In this document: one piece after another, positions 1 through 7,841 of the stretch
Position numbering within the stretch: position 1 is the stretch's first letter
Layout: every line of letters begins with the position of its first letter
DNA from: Firmicutes bacterium UBA4981
Lineage (GTDB): Bacteria; Bacillota; SHA-98; UBA4971
Length of the DNA: 42,970 nucleotides
Direction: 5' to 3'
Assembly (NCBI GenBank): GCA_002398515.1
Contig: DGZL01000138.1
Coordinates: forward strand, 12,302-55,271
Program-made: the position numbers and the translations under genes
The notes under the pieces: generated by a model
What the model was told of the DNA's origin: nothing
The model's database searches: none
Seen by the model: the letters and a program-made list of their open reading frames with translations, nothing else

Positions 1-96
1 GTGGCAGGTGCCGGCGCGCCTATTGTCCTAACCTCACGATCAGACTCGAATGCGTCAAAATTCCATTCCCTTGCATTAGGTATCGCTTTAAGCTAG
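1..96 (+). CDS. ptb: phosphate butyryl/acetyltransferase family protein, C-terminal 31 codons only (gene begins upstream of the window)
   Basis: Frame 1 from base 1 reads VAGAGAPIVLTSRSDSNASKFHSLALGIALS, then TAG at 94-96. The PIVLTSR-DS...S-AL tail is the conserved C-terminus of PTA_PTB enzymes. It lies directly upstream of an amino-acid dehydrogenase and butyrate kinase, as in the Bacillus ptb-bcd-buk order. Confidence 0.55.
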   Translation: MAGAGAPIVLTSRSDSNASKFHSLALGIALS

Positions 97-101
97 CCGG
101 C

Positions 102-121
102 AAGGAGGATAAAGGAGGATA
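102..121 (+). repeat. perfect tandem duplication of the Shine-Dalgarno-like 10-mer AAGGAGGATA
   Basis: AAGGAGGATA at 102-111 and again at 112-121. No long ORF follows; the next start, GTG 131, hits TGA after 3 codons. Confidence 0.6.
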
Positions 122-230
122 GCCTATCTGGTGCTAATGTGAGGGTTTGCGGTGCCCTGCTTAGTAGGCGATAGTAGGTTGAGCAAATATGAAGCGCTTA
201 GCAGTGAAGAGGAAAGGGGATATGTGTTCC

Positions 231-1298
231 ATGAGAGTATTCGATGAAATGTCTAAATACGGATATGAGCAACTGGTTTTCGCCAGCGATGAAGTGTCAG
301 GGTTGCGCGCAGTCATAGCTATCCACGATACTACCCTTGGCCCTGCTCTTGGTGGGTGTAGAATGTGGCCGTACGAATCAGAGGAAGACGCGATCATTGA
401 CGCGCTGAGGCTGGCCAGGGGAATGACCTATAAGAGTTCTGCTGCAGGCCTCGACCTTGGCGGGGGCAAGGCTGTAATCATCGGAGATCCTCGGAAAGAC
501 AAGAGTGAAGCGTTATTACGGGCATTCGGAAGATTCGTGGACACGATGGGAGGACGGTACATAACCGCTGAAGACGTGGGAATTCGCGGGGATGATGTGG
601 AAATCATTCATATGGAGACCCAACACGTAGTGGGACTTCCGTCAGGCCCCGGCGCGGGCGGTGACCCATCCCCTGTTACCGCGTACGGGGTCATTCGTGG
701 GATGATAGCCTGCTTGGAAGAGGTGTTCCGGGACGGTTCACTCAATGGTAGAAGCGTAGCAGTCCAGGGCATCGGCAACGTAGGTTATTCCATCGTGAAA
801 CATCTTGCCGGGGAAGGTGCCGTAGTTTATGTAACTGACGTCTTCAAAGAAAGGGTAGACGCGGTAGTTGAAGAGTTCGGCGCAAAGCCTGTTTCTCCCG
901 ACGAGATTTATGACATTGAATGCGATGTATTCTGTCCTTGCGCACTGGGCGGGGTGATAAACGTGGAGACAGTGACGCGACTAAGGTGCAAGATTGTCGC
1001 CGGTTCCGCCAACAACCAACTCAAGGATGAAAGCCACGGTCATGCCTTGGAAGACTTGGGTATTCTCTATGCGCCTGACTATATTATCAATGCAGGCGGG
1101 GTAATCAATGTAGCGGAAGAGATCTACGGCTACGATAGGGAAAGAGCTTTGCGCAAAGCAGGAGGCATATACGACAGAATTAGATCCGTTATAGAAATTG
1201 CCAAGAGAGAAGGAATTCCCCCGCATCTGGCAGCATCTCGTCTTGCAGAGGAAAGGATAGCGAGGATAGGCGGAATCCACAGGATATTCGTGCCTTGA
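231..1298 (+). CDS. bcd: leucine / branched-chain amino acid dehydrogenase (Glu/Leu/Phe/Val dehydrogenase family)
   Basis: ORF 189..1298. Contains [40 protein letters not shown] and the catalytic-Lys loop [15 protein letters not shown]. Rossmann motif [12 protein letters not shown] is present. ATG 231 is preceded by AGGAAAGGGGA; ATG 189 is the longest alternative. Confidence 0.85.
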   Translation: MRVFDEMSKYGYEQLVFASDEVSGLRAVIAIHDTTLGPALGGCRMWPYESEEDAIIDALRLARGMTYKSSAAGLDLGGGKAVIIGDPRKDKSEALLRAFGRFVDTMGGRYITAEDVGIRGDDVEIIHMETQHVVGLPSGPGAGGDPSPVTAYGVIRGMIACLEEVFRDGSLNGRSVAVQGIGNVGYSIVKHLAGEGAVVYVTDVFKERVDAVVEEFGAKPVSPDEIYDIECDVFCPCALGGVINVETVTRLRCKIVAGSANNQLKDESHGHALEDLGILYAPDYIINAGGVINVAEEIYGYDRERALRKAGGIYDRIRSVIEIAKREGIPPHLAASRLAEERIARIGGIHRIFVP

Positions 1299-1352
1299 CA
1301 GGCAGTATGTCAGCGTGCTGCTTCCAAACTAGCTGCCGGGAGGGAGACGATC

Positions 1353-2420
1353 ATGCATAGGATACTCGCGATTAATCCCGGTTCTACATCCACAAAGATC
1401 GCTGTATACGAAGACGATGATCTGGTTTTTGAAGAGGTGATCAGATATAGGCCCGAGGAATTCGCCATGTTTGAGACTGTGATGGATCAGTACAAGAAAA
1501 GGATTGAAGACATATTCGAAATCCTGGCACGACGGGACTGTCAAGTGTCGGATTTCACAGCGATAATCGGCAGGGGAGGCCTGCTAAAGCCGATAGAAAG
1601 CGGGGTTTATGAGGTAAACGCCAAGATGATCAGTGATCTTATCGGTACAGGCAAGATTCCTCATGCGTGCAACCTCGGAGCTCCGATGGCACGGGAGATT
1701 GCAGACATTATCGGTGTCCCTGCATTTATCGCAGATCCTCCCGTAGTTGACGAGTTGTGCCCCTTGGCCAGGTTATCCGGTCTTCCGGAAATATCACGGA
1801 CCGCCGTATTCCATGCGCTCAACCATAAGGCTGTCGCCAGGCGGGCAGCTAAGGCCATGGGGATCCGGTACGAGGACGCGAATTTCATCGTGTGCCATGT
1901 GGGCAGCGGTGCCACCATCGGCGCACACAGGAGAGGCAGAGTTATCGATGCCAATAACGCCCTGGACGGTGAAGGGCCGTTTACTCCTGAGAGGTGCGGA
2001 GGGCTTCCCCTCCTTGGTTTTGTGGAAATGTGTTATTCAGGTAACCTTTCCCTGGAAGACATTAAGAAGAAGCTGGTGGGTCGAGGCGGGCTAATGGCTT
2101 ATCTTGGGACAAACAGCGCAATAGAGGTAGAGAGGCGTATTGAAGAAGGAGATGAATACGCAGCCCTTGTATATGAAGCCATGGCTTACCAGATTGCCAA
2201 GGAAATAGGAGCCCTGGCAACTGTCCTCAAAGGGGATGTTGATGCAATAATCATGACAGGAGGGGTGTCTTATTCAGAAATGCTGGTAGAATGGATTAAG
2301 GCTCGTGTTGAATTCATAGCGCCTGTTATGGTTTACCCAGGCGAAGATGAGATGCGGGCTTTGGCTGAAGCGTGTCTTCGTACACTTCGTCGCGAGGAGG
2401 AAGTAAAGGTCTACATGTAG
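1353..2420 (+). CDS. buk: butyrate (branched-chain acyl) kinase
   Basis: N-terminus MHRILAINPGSTSTKIAVYEDD is the ASKHA phosphate-1 motif typical of butyrate kinases. Also has HACNLGA and CHVGSGATIGAH segments. RBS GGGAGGGAGA lies upstream. Confidence 0.9.
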   Translation: MHRILAINPGSTSTKIAVYEDDDLVFEEVIRYRPEEFAMFETVMDQYKKRIEDIFEILARRDCQVSDFTAIIGRGGLLKPIESGVYEVNAKMISDLIGTGKIPHACNLGAPMAREIADIIGVPAFIADPPVVDELCPLARLSGLPEISRTAVFHALNHKAVARRAAKAMGIRYEDANFIVCHVGSGATIGAHRRGRVIDANNALDGEGPFTPERCGGLPLLGFVEMCYSGNLSLEDIKKKLVGRGGLMAYLGTNSAIEVERRIEEGDEYAALVYEAMAYQIAKEIGALATVLKGDVDAIIMTGGVSYSEMLVEWIKARVEFIAPVMVYPGEDEMRALAEACLRTLRREEEVKVYM

Positions 2421-2439
2421 ACGTAGGAGGTGACGCAAA

Positions 2440-2643
2440 GTGGCAAGAGTTGTGTTTGACGAAGAACGGTGTAAAGGTTGTGAGTTGTGTGTCGCCTTTT
2501 GTCCCAGGAAACTCCTGGTCATGGCAGAGCATTTCAATGCTAAGGGATATCATCCGGCGACCATACTTGACAAGGAAGAATGTAATGCATGCACTTATTG
2601 TGCCAGGATGTGTCCGGAGGTAGCAATTGAAGTATACAGGTAA
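2440..2643 (+). CDS. 2-oxoacid:ferredoxin oxidoreductase delta subunit (2x[4Fe-4S] ferredoxin-like)
   Basis: 67 aa with two cluster motifs, CKGCELCVAFCP and CNACTYCARMCP. It heads an alpha/beta/gamma set. Confidence 0.8.
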   Translation: MARVVFDEERCKGCELCVAFCPRKLLVMAEHFNAKGYHPATILDKEECNACTYCARMCPEVAIEVYR

Positions 2644-2661
2644 AGGAGGGACTCTGTTCTC

Positions 2662-3723
2662 ATGGGAGAGAAGGTGCTGATGAAAGGGAATGAAGCTATA
2701 GCAGAAGCAGCCATTTTGGCAGGCTGCAGACACTTTTTCGGTTATCCGATAACTCCTCAAAATGAGATTCCTGAGTACATGTCAAGACGTATGCCTGAGG
2801 TGGGAGGAGTTTTCCTCCAGGCAGAGAGTGAGGTTGCAGGCAGCAACATGGTGTACGGGGCTGCGTGTGCCGGCGCCAGGGTAATGACTACGTCCTCGAG
2901 TCCCGGAATCAGCTTAATGCAAGAAGCCATCTCATACATGGCAGGCGCAGAGCTTCCTTGTGTACTTGTGAATATTGTTCGGGGCGGACCTGGTCTAGGT
3001 GGTATACAGGGATCTCAAGCTGACTATTTTCAGGCAACCAAAGGAGGAGGCCATGGCGACTACAGACTGATAGTTCTTGCACCCGCAAGCGTGCAGGAAC
3101 TCATGGACCTTACCATTACCGCTTTTGATTTGGCTGACATGTACCGCATTCCGGTCATGATTCTAGGTGACGCGATCTTAGGCCAGATGATGGAGCCTGT
3201 AATCCCAGGGAGAAGAGGGAAAGCAGACTTGCCTCCGAAGACTTGGGCTACTGTAGGAGCGAAGATGCGGCCGAAGAACGTAATAACTTCACTAAGCCTC
3301 GACCCGGCGAAGCTGGAGCAACATAATTTTGACTTGGGAAAGAAATACAACAAAATTGCCGACGAGCAAGTCAGGTACAAGACCTATATGACTGACGATG
3401 CTGAAACACTGCTGGTGGCGTACGGAACATGCGCACGGATTTCGCAGGCAGCAGTTGATATGGCAAGAGAGCGTGGCCTGAGGGTCGGCCTGTTCAGGCC
3501 TGTCAGTCTATGGCCTTTTCCATATGAGGCCCTGCAACTAGCAGCAGAGGAGAGTCTACGGGTGTTAACTGTTGAGATGAGTCTTGGCCAGATGGTCGAA
3601 GATGTTCGCCTGGCAATACTTGGCTCTAAACCTGTCCGTTTTTATGGCCGTACAGGCGGAATGACGCCGACACCCAGGGAAGTGCTGGAGGAAATCGAAA
3701 GGATTGTGGAGGAGGGGATATAG
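2662..3723 (+). CDS. 2-oxoacid:ferredoxin oxidoreductase alpha subunit (VOR/KOR type)
   Basis: N-terminus [29 protein letters not shown] and [30 protein letters not shown] are typical of OFOR alpha subunits. Confidence 0.85.
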   Translation: MGEKVLMKGNEAIAEAAILAGCRHFFGYPITPQNEIPEYMSRRMPEVGGVFLQAESEVAGSNMVYGAACAGARVMTTSSSPGISLMQEAISYMAGAELPCVLVNIVRGGPGLGGIQGSQADYFQATKGGGHGDYRLIVLAPASVQELMDLTITAFDLADMYRIPVMILGDAILGQMMEPVIPGRRGKADLPPKTWATVGAKMRPKNVITSLSLDPAKLEQHNFDLGKKYNKIADEQVRYKTYMTDDAETLLVAYGTCARISQAAVDMARERGLRVGLFRPVSLWPFPYEALQLAAEESLRVLTVEMSLGQMVEDVRLAILGSKPVRFYGRTGGMTPTPREVLEEIERIVEEGI

Positions 3724-3726
3724 GCA

Positions 3727-4473
3727 ATGAAAAAAGTATTCGGACGTCCGGAAGCACTGACAGACGTTCCCACCCACTACTGCCCTGGATGTACCCATGG
3801 CATTATCCACCGACTGATAGCGGAAGTCATTGATGAACTCGGTGTCTGTGAGAAAACCATCGGAATTTCGCCTGTAGGATGCGCGGTACTGGCGTATGAC
3901 TACTTCAACTGTGATTTCGTTGAGGCTTCTCACGGCAGAGCGCCTGCAGTCGCTACCGGAATTAAGAGGACTCTCCCTGACTCTGTCGTTTTCTGTTATC
4001 AAGGCGACGGGGACCTGGCTTCTATCGGAGCCGCTGAAATAGTCCATGCCGCAACTCGAGGAGAGAAGATCACCGTAATTTTTGTGAATAATGCAATATA
4101 TGGAATGACCGGCGGGCAAATGGCGCCTACAACATTACCGGGGCAGAGGACTACGACTTCTCCGAGGGGCAGAGATGTGGAAAGCGCAGGCCATCCCATC
4201 AGAGTCGCAGAACTTCTGTCGTCATTGTCAGGCGTGGCATATATTTCCAGGGTCTCGGCCACGAGTCCTGCCAATGTCACGAAAGCGAAACGTGCTGTGA
4301 GAAAAGCCTTCGAGACACAAATAGAGGGCAAAGGATTCAGTCTCGTGGAGTTTCTCTCCACTTGTCCAATCAACTGGGGCATGTCTCCTCTTGAAGCAAT
4401 GAAATGGATAGACGATAAAATGAGTCTCTACTATCCGCTGGGAGACTACACTCGGGTTCCGGAGGTGGGCTAG
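3727..4473 (+). CDS. 2-oxoacid:ferredoxin oxidoreductase beta subunit (thiamine-diphosphate binding)
   Basis: Has YCPGCTHG near the N-terminus and the TPP motif GDGDLASIG...[15 protein letters not shown]. Confidence 0.85.
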   Translation: MKKVFGRPEALTDVPTHYCPGCTHGIIHRLIAEVIDELGVCEKTIGISPVGCAVLAYDYFNCDFVEASHGRAPAVATGIKRTLPDSVVFCYQGDGDLASIGAAEIVHAATRGEKITVIFVNNAIYGMTGGQMAPTTLPGQRTTTSPRGRDVESAGHPIRVAELLSSLSGVAYISRVSATSPANVTKAKRAVRKAFETQIEGKGFSLVEFLSTCPINWGMSPLEAMKWIDDKMSLYYPLGDYTRVPEVG

Positions 4474-4475
4474 TA

Positions 4476-5054
4476 ATGCAGGAACAGGTAATCTTTGCAG
4501 GGTTCGGCGGACAGGGCGTCATGCTAATAGGACAGCTGGTGACGTATGCAGGAATGATCGAAGGCGCAAATGTAAGCTGGATGCCTTCATACGGCCCTGA
4601 GATGAGGGGAGGAACTGCCAATTGCCAAGTAGTAGTGTCCTCTACGGAAGTGTCCTCTCCCCTTGTTACTGAGCCTACGAGTCTGATCGCCCTCAATAAA
4701 CCATCCTTGGACAAATTTGCTCCTTGGGTCAAAAGCGGTGGGCTCATCATCTACAACTCTTCTCTCATTGAATCGCCGCCTGAGAGGACAGATGTAAGGA
4801 TATTGGCTGTCCCTGCAAACAAGGTTGCAAATGAGCTCGGGGATTTACGTATCGCTAACATGGTAGCGCTGGGAGCCTACCTCGCCACAACCAGGGTGGT
4901 AGGTTGCGATACAGTTCTTGACGCCATGAAGAGAGTGCTGCCGGAAAGGCGCCATAATCTAATTCCCCTAAACCGGCAAGCGCTTGCTCGCGGTATTGAA
5001 ATTGCTTCTGTGTGGCATTCACGGGACCAAGGGGAAGTCAGCGGGGCCGAATGA
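4476..5054 (+). CDS. 2-oxoacid:ferredoxin oxidoreductase gamma subunit
   Basis: Contains FAGFGGQGVMLIGQLV and SYGPEMRGGTANC, both typical of OFOR gamma subunits. There is a 2-nt gap after the beta subunit. Confidence 0.8.
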   Translation: MQEQVIFAGFGGQGVMLIGQLVTYAGMIEGANVSWMPSYGPEMRGGTANCQVVVSSTEVSSPLVTEPTSLIALNKPSLDKFAPWVKSGGLIIYNSSLIESPPERTDVRILAVPANKVANELGDLRIANMVALGAYLATTRVVGCDTVLDAMKRVLPERRHNLIPLNRQALARGIEIASVWHSRDQGEVSGAE

Positions 5055-5649
5055 GCTCCGCCGCTCTCACCTGGGGAGTATCGATACCTATGTGGCCTCC
5101 GATACTCTCCCGTTTTTCCCCTTCAATCAGTATTTGGCAACGAGTGATTCCAGGGAACTCTGTAAGCGTATTTACTATGGATCCGATAAGCAAAGCCTCA
5201 TTCCAGCTACCGCCTACGAAGTTAGTTACAATCTCCTCGCTGAAATCGGCGATAGCCAGGTCTCCTTTTACTTCGAGGCCCTTCACCTCTGTTCCTTGAG
5301 GGATAGTCCCATCCTGTCCGCTTTCAGGCAGAGGTCCTCTGACAAGGAGTTCCAGGGCGCCTCTCATGGGGTCAACCCCTGCAGCCACTCTTCGCCTTAC
5401 AGGAACCAGGTATGATTCAGTCGGTGTACTTCTGGCATAATATACTGTTACCTCAGAACCCATCGCAGATTCTTCCAGAGTCTCGATTTCCGAAACTCGT
5501 CTGGATAGGGCGGCGAGATCCTCAAACGCCCTGTCCAAGTCCCTCTCGATTGCCGTGATATCCCGTGATAACCTTGTTGTTACTCCCACTGACCATCCTA
5601 TCAAGGTCAACACCACAAATACGGCCACCCAAATGTGCCATTTTTGCAC
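5038..5649 (-). CDS. membrane-anchored GerMN-domain (GerM-like) sporulation/germination protein
   Basis: N-terminal TM segment (WHIWVAVFVVLTLIGW), then a coiled segment. The GerMN-like body reads VTVYYARS...YLVPVRRRV...PMRGALELLVRGP...GTIPQGTEV..L.VKGDLAIADFS...NTLTEFPGI..CQILIEGE. AGGAGG lies upstream on the minus strand. Confidence 0.65.
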   Translation of the reverse strand: MQKWHIWVAVFVVLTLIGWSVGVTTRLSRDITAIERDLDRAFEDLAALSRRVSEIETLEESAMGSEVTVYYARSTPTESYLVPVRRRVAAGVDPMRGALELLVRGPLPESGQDGTIPQGTEVKGLEVKGDLAIADFSEEIVTNFVGGSWNEALLIGSIVNTLTEFPGITRCQILIEGEKRESIGGHIGIDTPQVRAAELIRPR

Positions 5650-5841
5650 CGGTATTCCTCCTCAAATTATCAATGACTATGATGTCCCCCATGCGGGAAA
5701 CATATTCGGGACAAGTTCACAGCCACGTGTCCTTCCACCCTTACTCATCACTATACGACAGTGTATGTGGTTTCCCTGCTAAGTGGGGCCATCGGTCCGG
5801 GGGGCTTCGCACTCAGGGTAGACCGGTTGGGGGTCATCTGT

Positions 5842-6939
5842 ATGATAAGGGCAAGGCGAGGGTCTGTTACGAGAGTTACGAGACTTCCTTCAGGAGCCCT
5901 GGAAGCAGAGGTCGTTTGTGAAGGGAGAAACTCAGTTGCCATATGCTATCCGGATCTGACAGGACCTGTGGCGCCCGGTGATTGGGTAATCCTAAATACC
6001 AACGCTGTCCAACTCGAGCTTGGGACAGGTGGGTATCATTTTGTCATGTGGGTGGAGGGCAGGGAAGGTCTAGGCGAGGTAGGTGGCCCGGGGCACATCA
6101 TCAAAGCACGATACACCCCCTTCCAGGTTTGCTGTCTCGCTGCTGAAGAGGAAGACAGCGAATATCATGAAGCACTCAGGGAGTTCAAGTCAATCAGGGA
6201 TATGCCTGTTGTCGCTTGTGAGCTGCACAGCATGGTTGCGCCTGTAGTAGCCGGCATCAAGGAAACTGCAGGCAATGAAGCCAGGATTGCTTACATAATG
6301 ACCGATGGAGGGGCATTACCGGCAGCCTTCAGTAGATTAGTCCAAGACCTGCGCGACAAGGCATTGATAGACACTGTCATCACTTGTGGTCATGCGTTCG
6401 GCGGAGACCTGGAGTCTATAAACGTCTATTCAGCCTTATGTGTTGCAAAAGAGTGTGCCAAGGCAGACGCGGTAGTAGTCGCTATGGGGCCTGGCCAGGC
6501 GGGAACAGGCACGAGATACGGATTCTCCGGTATTGAACAAGGCATAGCTATGAACGCAACTTACTCCCTTGGAGGAATTCCTATTCTGGCGCCGAGAATC
6601 AGCTTCTCCGATTTTCGCGGGAGACATCTCGGAGTGAGCCACCATACCATCACTGTCCTGAAAGAGGTGGTGTTGGCTGATTGTATAGTAGTCTTACCTG
6701 AGATACCGGTGGATAAGTGGAGATTTGTAAGATCACAACTCAATGGGGAAGGCCTAACCGGACGGCATGTTGTTGTCACCGAGGACGGAATGTCAGCAGT
6801 CAAAAGGCTTCAAAGGGATGCAATTGATGTCACTACAATGGGGCGGACTGTCCTGGAAGATCCGGAATTTTTTCTTGCTCCGGGTGCTGCCGGCGTCTTT
6901 GCAGGAAAACTTGTGATGGAAATGAAGACTTGCGTTTAA
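5842..6939 (+). CDS. DUF3866-family protein (function unknown)
   Basis: ORF 5761..6939. ATG 5842 follows GGGGG by 8 nt. The N-terminus RARRGSVTRV..EAEVVCEGRNSVAICYPDLTGPVAPGDWVILNTNAVQLELGTGGYHFV matches my recollection of DUF3866. The family assignment is unverified. Confidence 0.55.
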   Translation: MIRARRGSVTRVTRLPSGALEAEVVCEGRNSVAICYPDLTGPVAPGDWVILNTNAVQLELGTGGYHFVMWVEGREGLGEVGGPGHIIKARYTPFQVCCLAAEEEDSEYHEALREFKSIRDMPVVACELHSMVAPVVAGIKETAGNEARIAYIMTDGGALPAAFSRLVQDLRDKALIDTVITCGHAFGGDLESINVYSALCVAKECAKADAVVVAMGPGQAGTGTRYGFSGIEQGIAMNATYSLGGIPILAPRISFSDFRGRHLGVSHHTITVLKEVVLADCIVVLPEIPVDKWRFVRSQLNGEGLTGRHVVVTEDGMSAVKRLQRDAIDVTTMGRTVLEDPEFFLAPGAAGVFAGKLVMEMKTCV

Positions 6940-7062
6940 CTGCCAAGATTCGAGAAGATCGCCCAGTGTCGCATAAGTCTTAGACAGGCTTGCAAGGACC
7001 TCCAGCACCTCAGCGGGCTTTCCACAGACGTGAAATGAGTCTTTTCTGAAAATAATGTCCAT
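6793..7062 (-). CDS. hypothetical small protein; only the first ~45 codons look protein-like
   Basis: ATG at 7062 (minus) is preceded by GAAGGAGGG with a 10-nt spacer. The N-terminus MDIIFRKDSFHVCGKPAEVLEVLASLSKTYATLGDLLESW looks helical. The last ~49 codons run antisense through the DUF3866 3' end and look like noise. Confidence 0.25.
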   Translation of the reverse strand: MDIIFRKDSFHVCGKPAEVLEVLASLSKTYATLGDLLESWQLNASLHFHHKFSCKDAGSTRSKKKFRIFQDSPPHCSDINCIPLKPFDC

Positions 7063-7277
7063 AAGAGGACATCCCTCCTTCTATGGTGTATATGATATGC
7101 TAAAGCAGCTGATGTTATTCCAGTATCTTGGTACATGTCCAGTAATTTCCGCTGTGCTGATTTGCAGGCCAAATACTGTTCGTCCCCTGGTACAAGCTGG
7201 GATAATTCCGACAAGCCCCGCGTCAGACCGTGCTTTAGCACCTGATGGTCGCGAAAACTTGTGCAGGCTATTGAAGA

Positions 7278-7841
7278 ATGCAGGAGGGAAGACTATTGGA
7301 TTGTCATGAACTGTCAGAGACGAAGGTAAAGTCAAATACGGTCTATCAAGGGAAGATGATAAACCTCCGCGTGGATCAGGTAAGACTACCGTCAGGGAGG
7401 ACAAGCTCCAGAGAAGTAGTGGAACATCCTGGGAGTGTAGGTATCATACCTATTGACAAGGACGGGAACGCAATACTAATAAGGCAGTTCAGATATGCAG
7501 TAGGTGAAGTCTTGTGGGAAATTCCCGCAGGAAAGTTGGATCCCGGAGAAAGCCCGAAAGATTGCGCAATGCGTGAACTTGAGGAAGAAACCTCCTATCT
7601 GGCTGGGCGCCTCGAGAAAATCGTATCTTTCTACACTTCACCGGGTTTTTCCAGTGAAATGCTGCATTTGTTCATTGGGACGGATCTTATCCCCGGAACC
7701 GGCCAACCTGACGATGACGAAAACATAGAGACATATCGTCTGTCGCGTGAGGCTGTTGAGACAATGATAGAAAACGGCGAAATTCGTGACGCCAAGACAC
7801 TTCTGGGACTGGCAACGGTCATTTCGAGGGGGCTTTTCTAG
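7278..7841 (+). CDS. nudF: ADP-ribose pyrophosphatase (NUDIX hydrolase)
   Basis: Nudix box GKLDPGESPKDCAMRELEEETSY. Also has REVVEHPGSVGIIPI and the YTSPGFS motif of ADPRases. The alternative start TTG 7296 has a better RBS (GGAGGGA, 6-nt spacer). Confidence 0.85.
   Translation: MQEGRLLDCHELSETKVKSNTVYQGKMINLRVDQVRLPSGRTSSREVVEHPGSVGIIPIDKDGNAILIRQFRYAVGEVLWEIPAGKLDPGESPKDCAMRELEEETSYLAGRLEKIVSFYTSPGFSSEMLHLFIGTDLIPGTGQPDDDENIETYRLSREAVETMIENGEIRDAKTLLGLATVISRGLF

Noticed and set aside
3565-4119. 184-aa minus-strand ORF inside the OFOR alpha/beta genes.
   Set aside because: It is antisense to well-supported TPP-binding subunit genes and has no motifs.
6936-7241. 101-aa minus-strand ORF in the DUF3866-nudF gap.
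   Set aside because: It has a GTG start with no SD-like sequence. Its frame reads straight through the strong RBS+ATG of the other minus-strand frame at 7062. The composition after residue ~55 looks random.
7063-7277. Possible ykkC-subtype (nucleoside-diphosphate-sensing) or ZTP riboswitch upstream of the NUDIX gene.
   Set aside because: By eye I found none of the remembered core strings on either strand (CTAGGGTTCCG / GGTCCGAGAG for ykkC, CCGCCTGGGCA for pfl). An Infernal scan would be needed to be certain.
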